A stretch of DNA of 60,867 nt, taken from positions 1 through 60,867 of IMG/VR virus record IMGVR_UViG_3300017989_000014. One strand, 5' to 3'. This document shows positions 42,248-51,480 of this stretch, piece after piece; the stretch's first letter is position 1, and every line of letters starts with the position of its first letter. The translations under genes and the position numbers were made by a program. The notes below the pieces were generated by a model. The model did not search any database. It saw only the letters and a program-made list of their open reading frames with translations, and was not told the origin of the DNA. The stretch comes from a virus (lineage: Duplodnaviria; Caudoviricetes).

Positions 42248-43696
42248 TTAAAGACCGAACCCGCCGTCGGTATTTTCCTGGGCGAAGACTGCGGCGACCT
42301 CACCAGTAGTAAGCGCTCGGTTCCACAACTGCGGTCGAGCAAGCCACCCGTTCCATGCCAGATACCCATCGCCGCTATTAAAGTAACTGCTGAACGTCAT
42401 CTTCGTCCACGCAGACGCACCGTTGGTGTCTGCGTTGATCCAGCTACCGTGGTTGCTGCCGCTCGTGACGGTCCAGGTGCTCTGCGTACCGTTGATGTAG
42501 GTCACGTAAGACGAGCCGTCCGCTGTGAACGCCAGGTGGTACCAGGTGTTCGTCGTGAGCGCATCTCCGGCAGGTGCCTGGATGGCGCAGTAGCTGGAGA
42601 TGGTCCGGCAAGTGAGGTACGGGCGTGCCGCATTGATGCCGAAACCGAGGTGGCGGTCGCCGTCGCTCGTCGGAGGGGCCATGCCGAAAACATCGTGCTC
42701 CCCAACCCCGTCGTCAGTGCTGTATGCCCAGCAGGCAAACGTACCCTCAGACGAAGCCTTGATCGCGCCGTAATCGTTCGTCGTGGCCAGCAGATGATCG
42801 TTGTTGCCATCGAACTCGAAGGCGTTCCAGGCGATCCCGGCGTCGTTGCTGGACACGAACAACGGCTCCGCACTCGTGCCCTGGTTGATCGAAGCGTGAT
42901 CCTCATACGGGCTTGTGTCAGCAGTCGTACCTGCGGTCGGGTTGTTCGTTGCGTCGAACGTGTACCGGCGCAGCACCTTCGTCCACCAGGGGTACGAGGC
43001 GCTGAGTGACGTAGCGTTCGTCCACGCACCTCCGGTTGCCGTGACAGACCAGTTGCTGCCGTTGAGAGCTACAATGTCGGCACCTGCCGCGTTCGTTGCG
43101 TCACTCGATGCCGGGGCACCGTCAGCCAACAGGCCCGCACCAGGAATGATGAGCGCGTCGGTAGATGCAGGAGTGATCTGCAACACCTGCTGGTAGGCCG
43201 TGTTACGGACTGAAATCGAACGGCCCGCTACAGCGTCCGGCAACTCGATCTCCGTGGCACCGTCGTAGGTGACATTGAACACCGTGCCGAAGGTATCGTT
43301 CGTCGTGGCGGTGATGCCTGCGGCTGGGATCGAACGAACCGTAAGCGTCGGGTCGTACGGCGTGATCCCGCTCACCTGGGACTGAAGTGCAGACGTGCTC
43401 GTGTTGAGAGTCGTCACATCAGTCGTCAGGTTATTCGTGGCGGTAGAGAGCGACGAGACATCCGACACAAGACCGTTCGTCGCGGCCGCGAGATTCCCGA
43501 TCTCGTCGGCTACATTCGTCGTTCCTGTCAGGAGCGAGCCGATCGTCTTCTGGCCGGAGATCACCTGGGCAGTATCGAGCGTCACGAAGTTGTTCGTAGG
43601 GATCGTCGTCCCAACATCCGTGCGCTCGCCATTCACGTACACGCCAGCGAAGGCGGTGGACGCGGCAAGAAGCAGTCCAACTGTAAGAAAACGCAT
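42248..43696 (-). CDS. Signal-peptide fibre protein with C-terminal LamG domain
   Basis: MRFLTVGLLLAASTAFA followed by G; coiled segment; AFEFDGNND...TFACW...WYHLAFT.DG...YING...LWNRALT..EV. Confidence 0.8.
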   Translation of the reverse strand: MRFLTVGLLLAASTAFAGVYVNGERTDVGTTIPTNNFVTLDTAQVISGQKTIGSLLTGTTNVADEIGNLAAATNGLVSDVSSLSTATNNLTTDVTTLNTSTSALQSQVSGITPYDPTLTVRSIPAAGITATTNDTFGTVFNVTYDGATEIELPDAVAGRSISVRNTAYQQVLQITPASTDALIIPGAGLLADGAPASSDATNAAGADIVALNGSNWSVTATGGAWTNATSLSASYPWWTKVLRRYTFDATNNPTAGTTADTSPYEDHASINQGTSAEPLFVSSNDAGIAWNAFEFDGNNDHLLATTNDYGAIKASSEGTFACWAYSTDDGVGEHDVFGMAPPTSDGDRHLGFGINAARPYLTCRTISSYCAIQAPAGDALTTNTWYHLAFTADGSSYVTYINGTQSTWTVTSGSNHGSWINADTNGASAWTKMTFSSYFNSGDGYLAWNGWLARPQLWNRALTTGEVAAVFAQENTDGGFGL

Positions 43697-43706
43697 AGCT
43701 TTTCCC

Positions 43707-44099
43707 TTACTGAAGCGACTTCGCAAACGTCACGAAAGCCGTGTTCGTATCCGTGTTCTCGATAATCAACACACCGTTCTCGCAGACGGGGATCTTCCCG
43801 CCGTTTGACTCGAACAAGAACGTCACCATTGCCGCGTCATTGTCTGTAGACACGGTGTTCGTGTACGTGTGCTGGACCGCGCCGTTGGTGTAGATGTTCT
43901 CGACGGTGTACACGGTCGTCGTGTTCGCTGTGCCTGCAGGGAACGTGACCATGATGCTCTCGATCGAAACCTTGTACCCGCCACTGTTCGTCCAGGCTAC
44001 AGTGCCATTCATCGGCGTCTTCCATACGGAATCCAGCGGCCCGGCAAGGCACAAGCTAGCCGCGCAGGCGATTGCGGCGATGATAACGAGCTTCTTCAT
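43707..44099 (-). CDS. Signal-peptide beta-rich protein
   Basis: MKKLVIIAAIACAASLCLA followed by G. Confidence 0.7.
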   Translation of the reverse strand: MKKLVIIAAIACAASLCLAGPLDSVWKTPMNGTVAWTNSGGYKVSIESIMVTFPAGTANTTTVYTVENIYTNGAVQHTYTNTVSTDNDAAMVTFLFESNGGKIPVCENGVLIIENTDTNTAFVTFAKSLQ

Positions 44100-44108
44100 G
44101 TTCTCTCC

Positions 44109-45221
44109 TTAGTGTTTGATGATGAAGTTCACGTAGACATTCTTCGGGCGAGTCTCGTTCGTGGTTGTAGAGGAGGCTGCACCCGGCGGGAAACTCATCT
44201 GCGTCGTCGTCTGCGTATCGTCTGCGCTCTGCCCTCTATGCTCAAGGTAGGTGTCTGTTCCATCGGACGACTGAGCGGTTGGGAACGTGTGATTGTGTGC
44301 CTGAACGCTGTCTACCTGACGGCTACCTACGTTATCGCCCGAGTTGCCATCGCCTGTGTTCTTGAGGCGGTCAGCAGCGTCAGGGTCGCGGCCCTGGCCG
44401 TTGTCCCATCCGCGCAAGAAGTAGCCGCGAAGATCAGGCACTCGGAACTTGCCTGCCGCAATGTTGAAGCCGAAGTTCGTGCCGATCGTGAAGTAGAGGT
44501 TTGAATATACACCGTTCGTTTCGTACCCGGTTCCGTCACAGAAAAGGAATCCGCTCGGCGCGTTACTCATCGAGCCCCATGGAAGGATCGTGCCCGCAGG
44601 CACGACATTCGTGTCGAACCCTGGCCAGGAATCCCGCGCTACACCACCAAGCGTGATGCTGTTGCTTACGGTGAGGTTCGAAGCGACGACGAGGCTATCC
44701 TGACACTCGGCATAGTAGAAGCTCTGCGTGGTACCCGTCTTGTAGACGATCGTCTGTGTGTTCGTAACGACCCGCAGGATCTCGGATGAGTCGGCGCTCT
44801 GGATTACACCAGTACCGCCTTTCGACTGGTCCCACAGCGGGTTCCAGTAATCCGCCTTGGGCGCGCCAGTAACGATTCCAGAGCCCTGGAATACCGTGAA
44901 GTATCCTGCATCGACTCCACCGTTCACTGTCACGGTGACGCCGTTCGAGATGTCAAAGTATGTGTCCGCAGCGAACACGAGGTGAAGGTTGGTGGGGAAG
45001 GTAACGCTCTTATCGACATCCCAGCGACCGCCATCGATGACGACGTACGAGAACCTGTCTCCCATCCTGTCCACAAAATTGGTCAGCGTTGTCCCGTTGA
45101 GACTGCTGCCATATTGCGCTGCGAACACACGGTAAAAACTACGCTTCACCGACTGCGAGTACACGAGCACCGCTGAACACATCAGGAAGATCGTGTATAC
45201 GATTATGGCTTTCTTGAACAT
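44109..45221 (-). CDS. Tail fibre with phage tail-collar domain and N-terminal signal peptide
   Basis: MFKKAIIVYTIFLMCSAVLVYS followed by Q; VPAGTILPW...PSGFLFCDG...FRVPDLRGYFLRGWD...HNH...ETRPKNVYVNFIIK; AGGAG SD. Confidence 0.88.
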   Translation of the reverse strand: MFKKAIIVYTIFLMCSAVLVYSQSVKRSFYRVFAAQYGSSLNGTTLTNFVDRMGDRFSYVVIDGGRWDVDKSVTFPTNLHLVFAADTYFDISNGVTVTVNGGVDAGYFTVFQGSGIVTGAPKADYWNPLWDQSKGGTGVIQSADSSEILRVVTNTQTIVYKTGTTQSFYYAECQDSLVVASNLTVSNSITLGGVARDSWPGFDTNVVPAGTILPWGSMSNAPSGFLFCDGTGYETNGVYSNLYFTIGTNFGFNIAAGKFRVPDLRGYFLRGWDNGQGRDPDAADRLKNTGDGNSGDNVGSRQVDSVQAHNHTFPTAQSSDGTDTYLEHRGQSADDTQTTTQMSFPPGAASSTTTNETRPKNVYVNFIIKH

Positions 45222-45229
45222 GTCTCCTC

Positions 45230-45856
45230 CTAAGAGCCGAGCGTGATGGCGTCGGTGATGTAAACGCGCCCGTCGACCTCGATGGCCAGATACCACGTGG
45301 TCGAAGAGCCCGTGTGAGTTATTGAGTGCGAGTATGCCCCAGACGAATCCGTGATGACCGTCCATTCAACGCTCGTGTCTCCGCCTGTTGGGACCGACAA
45401 TGTGACATCGTTCGGGTTCGTGTTGTCGTCGATGAGCCACATCCGCAAAGAGGTGTACGTGAGGTTGTCCGGGTGATCGTTTACCTGGATGGATATCGTG
45501 GCCGTGTTACTCACCACGCTAGGTGTGCCAAGGGTTAGGTTCGGCAGCGCGGCCAGCTCAAGCAGCAGAGCCCTGGTGACCCACATCTCTACGCGGTCGC
45601 CGTCGCAGAAGGTGTTGGCAATAGTGCCATCGGCTGCTCGCTCGATCGTCGCGACCTTGGTCGTTGCGTCGAACGCTGTCACCTTCACGATCTCCTTCGT
45701 GGCGTCCGTTGCTCGGACCAACACGAGGTAGAAGTAGTCGTCGTTCGTGATCGTTGGCCATCCGGACACGCTTGAGACCGTCATCGTGAGGTCAGTGTCC
45801 GTGATGTCTCCATCCAGCGTCGTCCGGATGTAGTTTGCAGGCAACGGTGCGTACAT
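45230..45856 (-). CDS. Tail protein / fibre adaptor
   Basis: N..RTTL...I...D....V, EIVKVTA...TIERA.DGT....F..GDRVE. Confidence 0.65.
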   Translation of the reverse strand: MYAPLPANYIRTTLDGDITDTDLTMTVSSVSGWPTITNDDYFYLVLVRATDATKEIVKVTAFDATTKVATIERAADGTIANTFCDGDRVEMWVTRALLLELAALPNLTLGTPSVVSNTATISIQVNDHPDNLTYTSLRMWLIDDNTNPNDVTLSVPTGGDTSVEWTVITDSSGAYSHSITHTGSSTTWYLAIEVDGRVYITDAITLGS

Positions 45857-45867
45857 GATCGAGTCTC

Positions 45868-46140
45868 CTATCCGATGTCAAAGCCGGAGTCGTATCCGCT
45901 GTCGTAGGCACCACCAGGGGTGTATGCCCCGCCGTGTAGCGGGTAGTCACCGATAACTGGACTGAATGCCGCGACGTCAGTCGTCTTCGAGTCATCCTGA
46001 AACACGATGAAAGCGCGGTTGATTCTAAACTGGTCGGCCGACACTGACGCAGTGAGCTTCGTCCCCTGGCTGATCTTCTGGCAATGGCTACTGCCGGAGG
46101 AACTCGTCGAACAACTACCGGTGTTGCACGTACTGCTCAT
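45868..46140 (-). CDS. Hypothetical virion-region protein
   Basis: 90-aa ORF in the operon, ATGA-coupled; C-terminal YDSGYDSGFDIG. Confidence 0.5.
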   Translation of the reverse strand: MSSTCNTGSCSTSSSGSSHCQKISQGTKLTASVSADQFRINRAFIVFQDDSKTTDVAAFSPVIGDYPLHGGAYTPGGAYDSGYDSGFDIG

Positions 46141-46484
46141 GATGCTTCCGCAAACTGCTCGTAGACCCGAAAAGACTGTTTATCCAGAACCGTCTGTGCT
46201 CCCGATGAGAACGTGATGATTATCTGCCCCTCGTAACGACCCGGGGTCAGGTCCTCCAGGCCGTCAGATGGCCAGGAGAGCCGCACGTAGCCGGTCTCGC
46301 CTTCGTCGACCTTCGTCATGGCCTGCTCGAAGAGCGTCGTTGCAGAGCCTTTCATGCGAAAGCGGAACGCCAGGGTGGTGTTGCTCCCGGACACATCGAC
46401 GGGCTCATCGTTCGAATCGTTCTTCAGTTGAAAGATAACGTCAGGGAGTGTGTCGTTCGCTACGACGCGGATAAGTGAACTCAT
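46137..46484 (-). CDS. BppU-N-like tail adaptor (115 aa)
   Basis: NDT.P...F.L.....PVD.SG...G.V...W....L...G.YEG.I.ITF.SG..TV. Confidence 0.65.
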   Translation of the reverse strand: MSSLIRVVANDTLPDVIFQLKNDSNDEPVDVSGSNTTLAFRFRMKGSATTLFEQAMTKVDEGETGYVRLSWPSDGLEDLTPGRYEGQIIITFSSGAQTVLDKQSFRVYEQFAEAS

Positions 46485-47104
46485 AGAAGCCAACTCTCCC
46501 CTTGGGCATCGGTCTCGGCACCAACACCCTGATTGCTGTAGAAGAAGATCGCATCGGCCAGGAGTCGCCTGTACTCCCCCTTGTAATAGCCTGCGAGCTG
46601 CGGGTTGTAGAAAGCCTTGCTTGGCATCGAGAGGAGCTTCATGGCCGTCCCTGCGGCCCAGCACTCGTACCAGCGGTTGAAGAAGTGAGTCGGGATGTAG
46701 ACCGCGCAGGGCGATGGGACGATAACGAGGTCCATCGTGAGCCCATCCGCCTCATCCTCGCTGGGCTCGACGGCAAGCTTAATCATCGGCCCGTCATCGC
46801 CATCGAAGAGAGAGTAGTCCTCCCCAGCCGTCATCAAGGAATCCTTGTACTTGCAGGTGCCGTCCTTGATCGTCTCCACCCTCGTGCAAGCGATATCCAC
46901 GTGAGTCGTGTCGTAGTCCAGGTCGTAATCGACCACGTCTTCGATCAGGCCAATCGTATCGGCCTCAATCGTCCAGCCCTCTGTCCTTCGGAAGAACTCG
47001 ATGATAATGTTACGCGCTTCCTGGAGCATCAGCGGCTTGGGAGCGCCAGGAACGATCGTGACGACATGCGGCAGGAGGCATGATTCGATTTCAGTTTTCG
47101 CCAT
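46481..47104 (-). CDS. Head-tail adaptor / tail tubular protein A-like
   Basis: VPGAP........IEFFRRT..W and G...KLLSMP.K...NPQLA.YY pattern. Confidence 0.65.
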   Translation of the reverse strand: MAKTEIESCLLPHVVTIVPGAPKPLMLQEARNIIIEFFRRTEGWTIEADTIGLIEDVVDYDLDYDTTHVDIACTRVETIKDGTCKYKDSLMTAGEDYSLFDGDDGPMIKLAVEPSEDEADGLTMDLVIVPSPCAVYIPTHFFNRWYECWAAGTAMKLLSMPSKAFYNPQLAGYYKGEYRRLLADAIFFYSNQGVGAETDAQGESWLL

Positions 47105-47113
47105 CTGACTCTC

Positions 47114-47452
47114 CTACAGCGCTACACGGTCATTGAACTCCCGGAGATGCTGCTTGGATAGATCCATGTTGTCCACGTCCTCGGCATCCTCGCCAAGAGC
47201 GCGCCAGCAGACGTAACTGCACAACGCGGCGCGGTACTCCGTACGCATTGAAATCGTTGAGTTGGTGGCCGTTGCCTCGTCCGGCGCGTCGATCACCACT
47301 GAGGTAAGGTGGAAGGCGTCCGGGGCCAGACGCCATATCTCCTGGAGGCCATCGCTGATGTACCGGAGGAGTCGCGTATCGCCCCAGCGATACTCCTCTA
47401 CGGTGTCGGAGATCAGGTCTCTCACTCGACTGATGATGTCCGCTGCTGTCAT
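47114..47452 (-). CDS. Head-tail adaptor (short)
   Basis: II.RVR.LI.D....RW.D..LL.YI.DG..EI....PDA; AL..YV.WRA...DAE. Confidence 0.7.
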   Translation of the reverse strand: MTAADIISRVRDLISDTVEEYRWGDTRLLRYISDGLQEIWRLAPDAFHLTSVVIDAPDEATATNSTISMRTEYRAALCSYVCWRALGEDAEDVDNMDLSKQHLREFNDRVAL

Positions 47453-47470
47453 CGCTGGCCTCTCCAGTCC

Positions 47471-47839
47471 CTATTCCCCGCTGTAGACGGGCTGGGACTC
47501 CCTCATCCCGGTCTCAATCTCTTCGCTCTGCTTCAGAGCGTCGTAGATATGCCTGCGGATGGTTTCAGTCTTCCACTTGTCACCGACGTGAATCTTCAGC
47601 TCGTCGGCCTTCTGGATAAGCTCGTCGCGGAGCATGTCCTTGATCTCGGTCGGGGCGGGCGCGTTCAGCTTAGTCTCTACAGCCTTTGCGGCCCGGATCT
47701 GGCCGTCGCGCTTCTGCGCTTCGACGCAAGCGTCCCGCTCTTCCTGAGAGATCGGGATCATGTCCGGGCGCTGAGCCTGGATTGGGGTCCACTGGAGAAC
47801 CACGTTGGTGCCGCGCCTGCGCAGATACGATTCGGTCAT
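47471..47839 (-). CDS. Hypothetical protein with HeH/Rho-N-like motif
   Basis: RDELIQKADELKI.V...WKTETIR..I. Confidence 0.55.
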   Translation of the reverse strand: MTESYLRRRGTNVVLQWTPIQAQRPDMIPISQEERDACVEAQKRDGQIRAAKAVETKLNAPAPTEIKDMLRDELIQKADELKIHVGDKWKTETIRRHIYDALKQSEEIETGMRESQPVYSGE

Positions 47840-47913
47840 GTCGCTTCCTCTTTCGTGTTGTGTCCCCCGGGGCGGAGTAAACCACCCCGGGGCACTTTGT
47901 CGTCAAAGCCCGA

Positions 47914-48351
47914 CTACACGTTGTTGGACGCGCCGGTCGGGTCGTAGTACAGAACGTGGACGACGATCTTCGCCGTGTCCGCGTCGTTCTTCGGGGTCAG
48001 CGTCAGGATGGACGCAGCCGTATAAAGGCTGTGAACAGTTGTGGTCGCGGTCGTACCGTCGCCACCGTCACCCATCAGCCACGCGGCGCTGTTGCCGTTC
48101 GCGCCGTCGATGTAGTCGTCCGCAGCACTCGCGGCATCACCAACGTCGAACGTCAGCGTGCCACCCTCTGCGGTGACCACCTGAGCGGTGACTGCCTCGA
48201 TGTAGCAGCCAGCCGGAATCGTCCACAGGTTCACGGTATCGTCAGCAACGACAGTCTCTTTCGAGAAGTCGACGACGATCTGCGCGACCTTGCGGTTTGC
48301 CTGGGCTGCGAGGAGCCCGCCAGCCTTCTTGAAGGTATTCGTCGATCCCAT
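47914..48351 (-). CDS. Capsid decoration / spike-base protein
   Basis: Directly after the major capsid gene; IPAG......V.TAEGGTLTFDVGD jelly-roll pattern. Confidence 0.7.
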   Translation of the reverse strand: MGSTNTFKKAGGLLAAQANRKVAQIVVDFSKETVVADDTVNLWTIPAGCYIEAVTAQVVTAEGGTLTFDVGDAASAADDYIDGANGNSAAWLMGDGGDGTTATTTVHSLYTAASILTLTPKNDADTAKIVVHVLYYDPTGASNNV

Positions 48352-48408
48352 GGTATCCTTTTCCTTTCCGCGTCAGGGGGCCTTGCGGCCCCCGTCAGCA
48401 ATCATCTT

Positions 48409-49341
48409 CTAGCCCTGGTAAGCGTACAGCCAACCGAGCGCCTCCGGCTTGACGACCTTGTAACCGTAGACCTGGAGGCCACGGTACAGCGTGCCGAACC
48501 CGTTCGGGTTGCGGAGCGACTCGTTCTTCGTGAGCTGGCTCGCGAACGTGAGCGCGTGGTTCGTGCCGAAGATGCAGTTCGCAACTTCGTTCGCGCCATC
48601 GGTCGTGTTCGTGAGGTTGTTGCTCATGTAGATCGTGAAGCGGTCGATCATGCCGACGCGACCGTTCCGGATCACGCTGGTGCCGTCACCGGCCAGCGAA
48701 GCATCCTTGAGGTCGGACTTCTTAATCATCGCGCACGCCCACGCAGGAAGCACGATCCAGCGTCCCATCTCGGGGACGTTCTGCTCGTCGAGAACCTGAC
48801 CACAGTCAACGATCTTTTCGAGGATGTTGGCCTTGGTCAGCGCCAGCGGCGTACCGCTCACGCCCAGGTTGATGTTCGAGCTGATCGCGCCAGCCGTCGC
48901 GCCCTGGTTGCTAGCATTCGCGGAGCTGTAGATGTCACCGAGGATACCGGTGTCGATCGTGATGGCGAGCTGCTCGGCAGCATCGCCCGTCCACTGTTCG
49001 ACGTAGTCCTTGATGTCGGTCTGCTTCTGGTCGACGTCATCGTCGACGAAGGCCCAGTACTTGCCCTTGTCGATGAGCAGATTCGTCGCGGTCGACGTCG
49101 GCTGCTCGTTGACGAGCGTCTGGCCCTTGCGGTAATCACGAATCGTGATGTCGGGAAGCGTGCGGATCTTGACTTCCTGACCCATCTTCGAGATCTGACC
49201 CTCGTAGTCGGTGTTGGAGATCGCGCCGAAAACCGTTCTCGCGTAGAACTTGATGAGCAGTTTCGGAGCGTACAGGGTCGGATGATAAATCATCGTGGTC
49301 GACCCAATGTCCCTGAATCCAGGTGCGGTCGGATATGCCAT
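48409..49341 (-). CDS. Major capsid protein
   Basis: P.LYA.KL...FY..TV..AISNTDYEG.I...G..V.I, IRNG.VG.IDRF.IY.SN, RGLQVYG.KV.KPEAL. Confidence 0.92.
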   Translation of the reverse strand: MAYPTAPGFRDIGSTTMIYHPTLYAPKLLIKFYARTVFGAISNTDYEGQISKMGQEVKIRTLPDITIRDYRKGQTLVNEQPTSTATNLLIDKGKYWAFVDDDVDQKQTDIKDYVEQWTGDAAEQLAITIDTGILGDIYSSANASNQGATAGAISSNINLGVSGTPLALTKANILEKIVDCGQVLDEQNVPEMGRWIVLPAWACAMIKKSDLKDASLAGDGTSVIRNGRVGMIDRFTIYMSNNLTNTTDGANEVANCIFGTNHALTFASQLTKNESLRNPNGFGTLYRGLQVYGYKVVKPEALGWLYAYQG

Positions 49342-49373
49342 TTTCTTCTCCTCCAGCCCCGACTATCAGGCGG

Positions 49374-50321
49374 TTACGAGATTCCCTCGATGCGCCCTTC
49401 CATCGCGGCTTCTGTTAGTTCTTGTTCAATTCGAGACGCTTCCTTCACCCGCCCCTGCACGTTGTACTTGATCGCCTTCTGCGTCAGCCTGTTGGCCTCA
49501 GCGGCGGTGTAGTACTTCTTGCTCGCGTTCCTGGCCTCCGCAGAGCGGGGCGTAGGACGAGAGGGTGGAGATACGGTCTCGGGAGCTTTAGGCGCAGCGC
49601 CATTCAGCTTCAGGTAGGTCCTGAAGAATTCTGCAACCCTATCGACGTCACCTTCGCGGTAGGCTTGCTGTGCGATTTCGCCACGTGTAACAGCGGAACC
49701 ATCGTCCTTGCCCATGAGCCACTCCATGAAGTCGGGATCAGGCTCGATGCCTCGGGATGGATCACCATTCAGCTTGATCGCACCCGGGCACTGAATCTCG
49801 ACCTTGGAGAAGAACAGCTCGCTCTTCAGCGAGTTGAGCTTGGCGTTGATCGTCTCCTGCTGTTCGGTTACGGGCTTCAGCTTGTCCTCAATCACTCCCT
49901 CGGTAATCCGCCCCTGGAGGCCAACCGAGTCCTCATCGACGCTCTGACGTTCCTCTTCCGTCAGGTGTCGGAGATACGGCGGTACGGCATTCGCCGCTTC
50001 GCGTTCCTCTTTCTCCTGCATGAGGCCCTCGATCTTGGATGTCAGGCGAGTGATCTGTTCGGTCTGCTGTCGCACAGTTGCCGACAGACGCGGCACCTCG
50101 GCGTTGTACTTGCCCTGGAGAACACTCCAGCGCTGCTTGTACGTCTCCGAGTTCTCATCCTCCGAGTGAGGCTGATGCGCGTCCTGCTCCGGTTCATGGC
50201 CGTAGTGCTGGTCAGCCTGGGGCTCATTGGCCTCGGTGTTGACATTCCCGCTCTCTATATCATCGAGAATACGGTCAGCTTCTCTTCCGGCTTCTACCAG
50301 TGCTTGTGGCAGCTTCGTCAT
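49374..50321 (-). CDS. Capsid scaffolding protein
   Basis: Acidic N-terminus, YKQRWSVLQGKYNAEVPRL coil, ends AAMEGRI; directly upstream of the major capsid gene. Confidence 0.8.
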   Translation of the reverse strand: MTKLPQALVEAGREADRILDDIESGNVNTEANEPQADQHYGHEPEQDAHQPHSEDENSETYKQRWSVLQGKYNAEVPRLSATVRQQTEQITRLTSKIEGLMQEKEEREAANAVPPYLRHLTEEERQSVDEDSVGLQGRITEGVIEDKLKPVTEQQETINAKLNSLKSELFFSKVEIQCPGAIKLNGDPSRGIEPDPDFMEWLMGKDDGSAVTRGEIAQQAYREGDVDRVAEFFRTYLKLNGAAPKAPETVSPPSRPTPRSAEARNASKKYYTAAEANRLTQKAIKYNVQGRVKEASRIEQELTEAAMEGRIEGIS

Positions 50322-50384
50322 TCGTTTTTCCTTTCGTGAGCCCTTCAGGGTCTTCACAGGCGCGGAGCCCGTAATGGTGTTCCG

Positions 50385-50657
50385 CTACAAGTCTTCGAGA
50401 AAATCCTCAGGCCGCTCCAGGTACTCAACGAGATCAGCGTGAGTCAAAGCCATGCCCTGTCCTCGGTATATGGCTGTACCTTCGAGCTGGTCGTTTTTCA
50501 CCCTCTGCTCCTGAAGACTGTCTTTCACCCATCGCCGGATGTTTTCGAAACGAGGGTCACCCGACAGACCCAATATCGACTCCAGAACTTTTTTGTCTGG
50601 TGATTTCAAGCGTTCTACCTGTTGCTGAGCCCGATGATGAGGAGCCGGGGGCTTCAT
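50385..50657 (-). CDS. Small conserved head-module protein (start uncertain)
   Basis: IYRGQG.A....L motif typical of the gene between portal and scaffold. Confidence 0.55.
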   Translation of the reverse strand: MKPPAPHHRAQQQVERLKSPDKKVLESILGLSGDPRFENIRRWVKDSLQEQRVKNDQLEGTAIYRGQGMALTHADLVEYLERPEDFLEDL

Positions 50658-50676
50658 GCCGGGCTCCTCTAAATCC

Positions 50677-51456
50677 TTACTTCACGCCGATGGCAATCCA
50701 ATTGCACGTCAGGCCGTTCGCCACGTTCGTGCAAACAAAACCGGTCGTGCCCGCGCCGGCTGCATAAGCGTTCGTCCCGCCCGTAGCACCAAGTTCATCG
50801 ACCAGAACAATGGGGGTGCCGCTCGCAAAAGCGGTACCGAACGTGACCGCCTCGTCGGCCGTAGCCGTGCCGGTCTCGACACGCCAGGGCGTGTTGGACT
50901 CGGACAGGAGCATCGCGAACCCGTCGACACTCACCGTGTCGCCACTCGCCAGAGCCAGGCCGCTCGAACTGAACGTACCAACCGTAGTCTCCGTGCCAGC
51001 AACCGGTACCGCGATAGCGACCGTTGCATCCTCGGTCCCGTCCGTAACGTCCGTGGCCGTGACCGTGATCTTGCCGTAGGTGACGTTCGTAGTCGTGGCG
51101 TCGTCCGCTGCCTGGAAGTCCAGGATGAACGTCTGGTTGTCGGCCATGTTGTTCGTAAGGTTGTCCGACTCGAACACGATGCTCAGAAGATTCGAGGCAC
51201 CCGTAACAACAGTGTCCTCGATGAACTTCAGGATCTTGGCCGTGTCGTTGTCCTGCACCATGCCGTTCGCCATCGTGATGTCGCCACCGATGGTCAGGCC
51301 ACCGGTCTGCGTCACATCGCCAACCTGCGTCAGCGTGCCGTTGTTGACAATGCTCGACTCGATAGTCAACTCGCCAACACTGAACTGCTCGCGGTCGTTA
51401 CCGAACGCGCACGTCGCAATGAGGCCCACCAGGGCCATCGCTACCCATTTCTTCAT
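50677..51456 (-). CDS. Signal-peptide beta-rich virion-like protein
   Basis: MKKWVAMALVGLIATCAFG followed by N; C-terminal VTFGTAF...P.V...TTGF...NWIAIG fibre-tip (gp53-like) pattern. Confidence 0.7.
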   Translation of the reverse strand: MKKWVAMALVGLIATCAFGNDREQFSVGELTIESSIVNNGTLTQVGDVTQTGGLTIGGDITMANGMVQDNDTAKILKFIEDTVVTGASNLLSIVFESDNLTNNMADNQTFILDFQAADDATTTNVTYGKITVTATDVTDGTEDATVAIAVPVAGTETTVGTFSSSGLALASGDTVSVDGFAMLLSESNTPWRVETGTATADEAVTFGTAFASGTPIVLVDELGATGGTNAYAAGAGTTGFVCTNVANGLTCNWIAIGVK

Positions 51457-51480
51457 ATCCTTCTCCTGCTGGTTCGTTTG

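Noticed and set aside
34588-45221. Diversity-generating retroelement or invertible tail-fibre switch
   Set aside because: No reverse transcriptase or invertase motif, and no adenine-variant TR/VR pair was noticed; the repeats are short coil-coding units.
49676-49691. Second parS-like site (TTTCGCCACGTGTAACA region)
   Set aside because: Only one half matches and it lies within the scaffold coding sequence.
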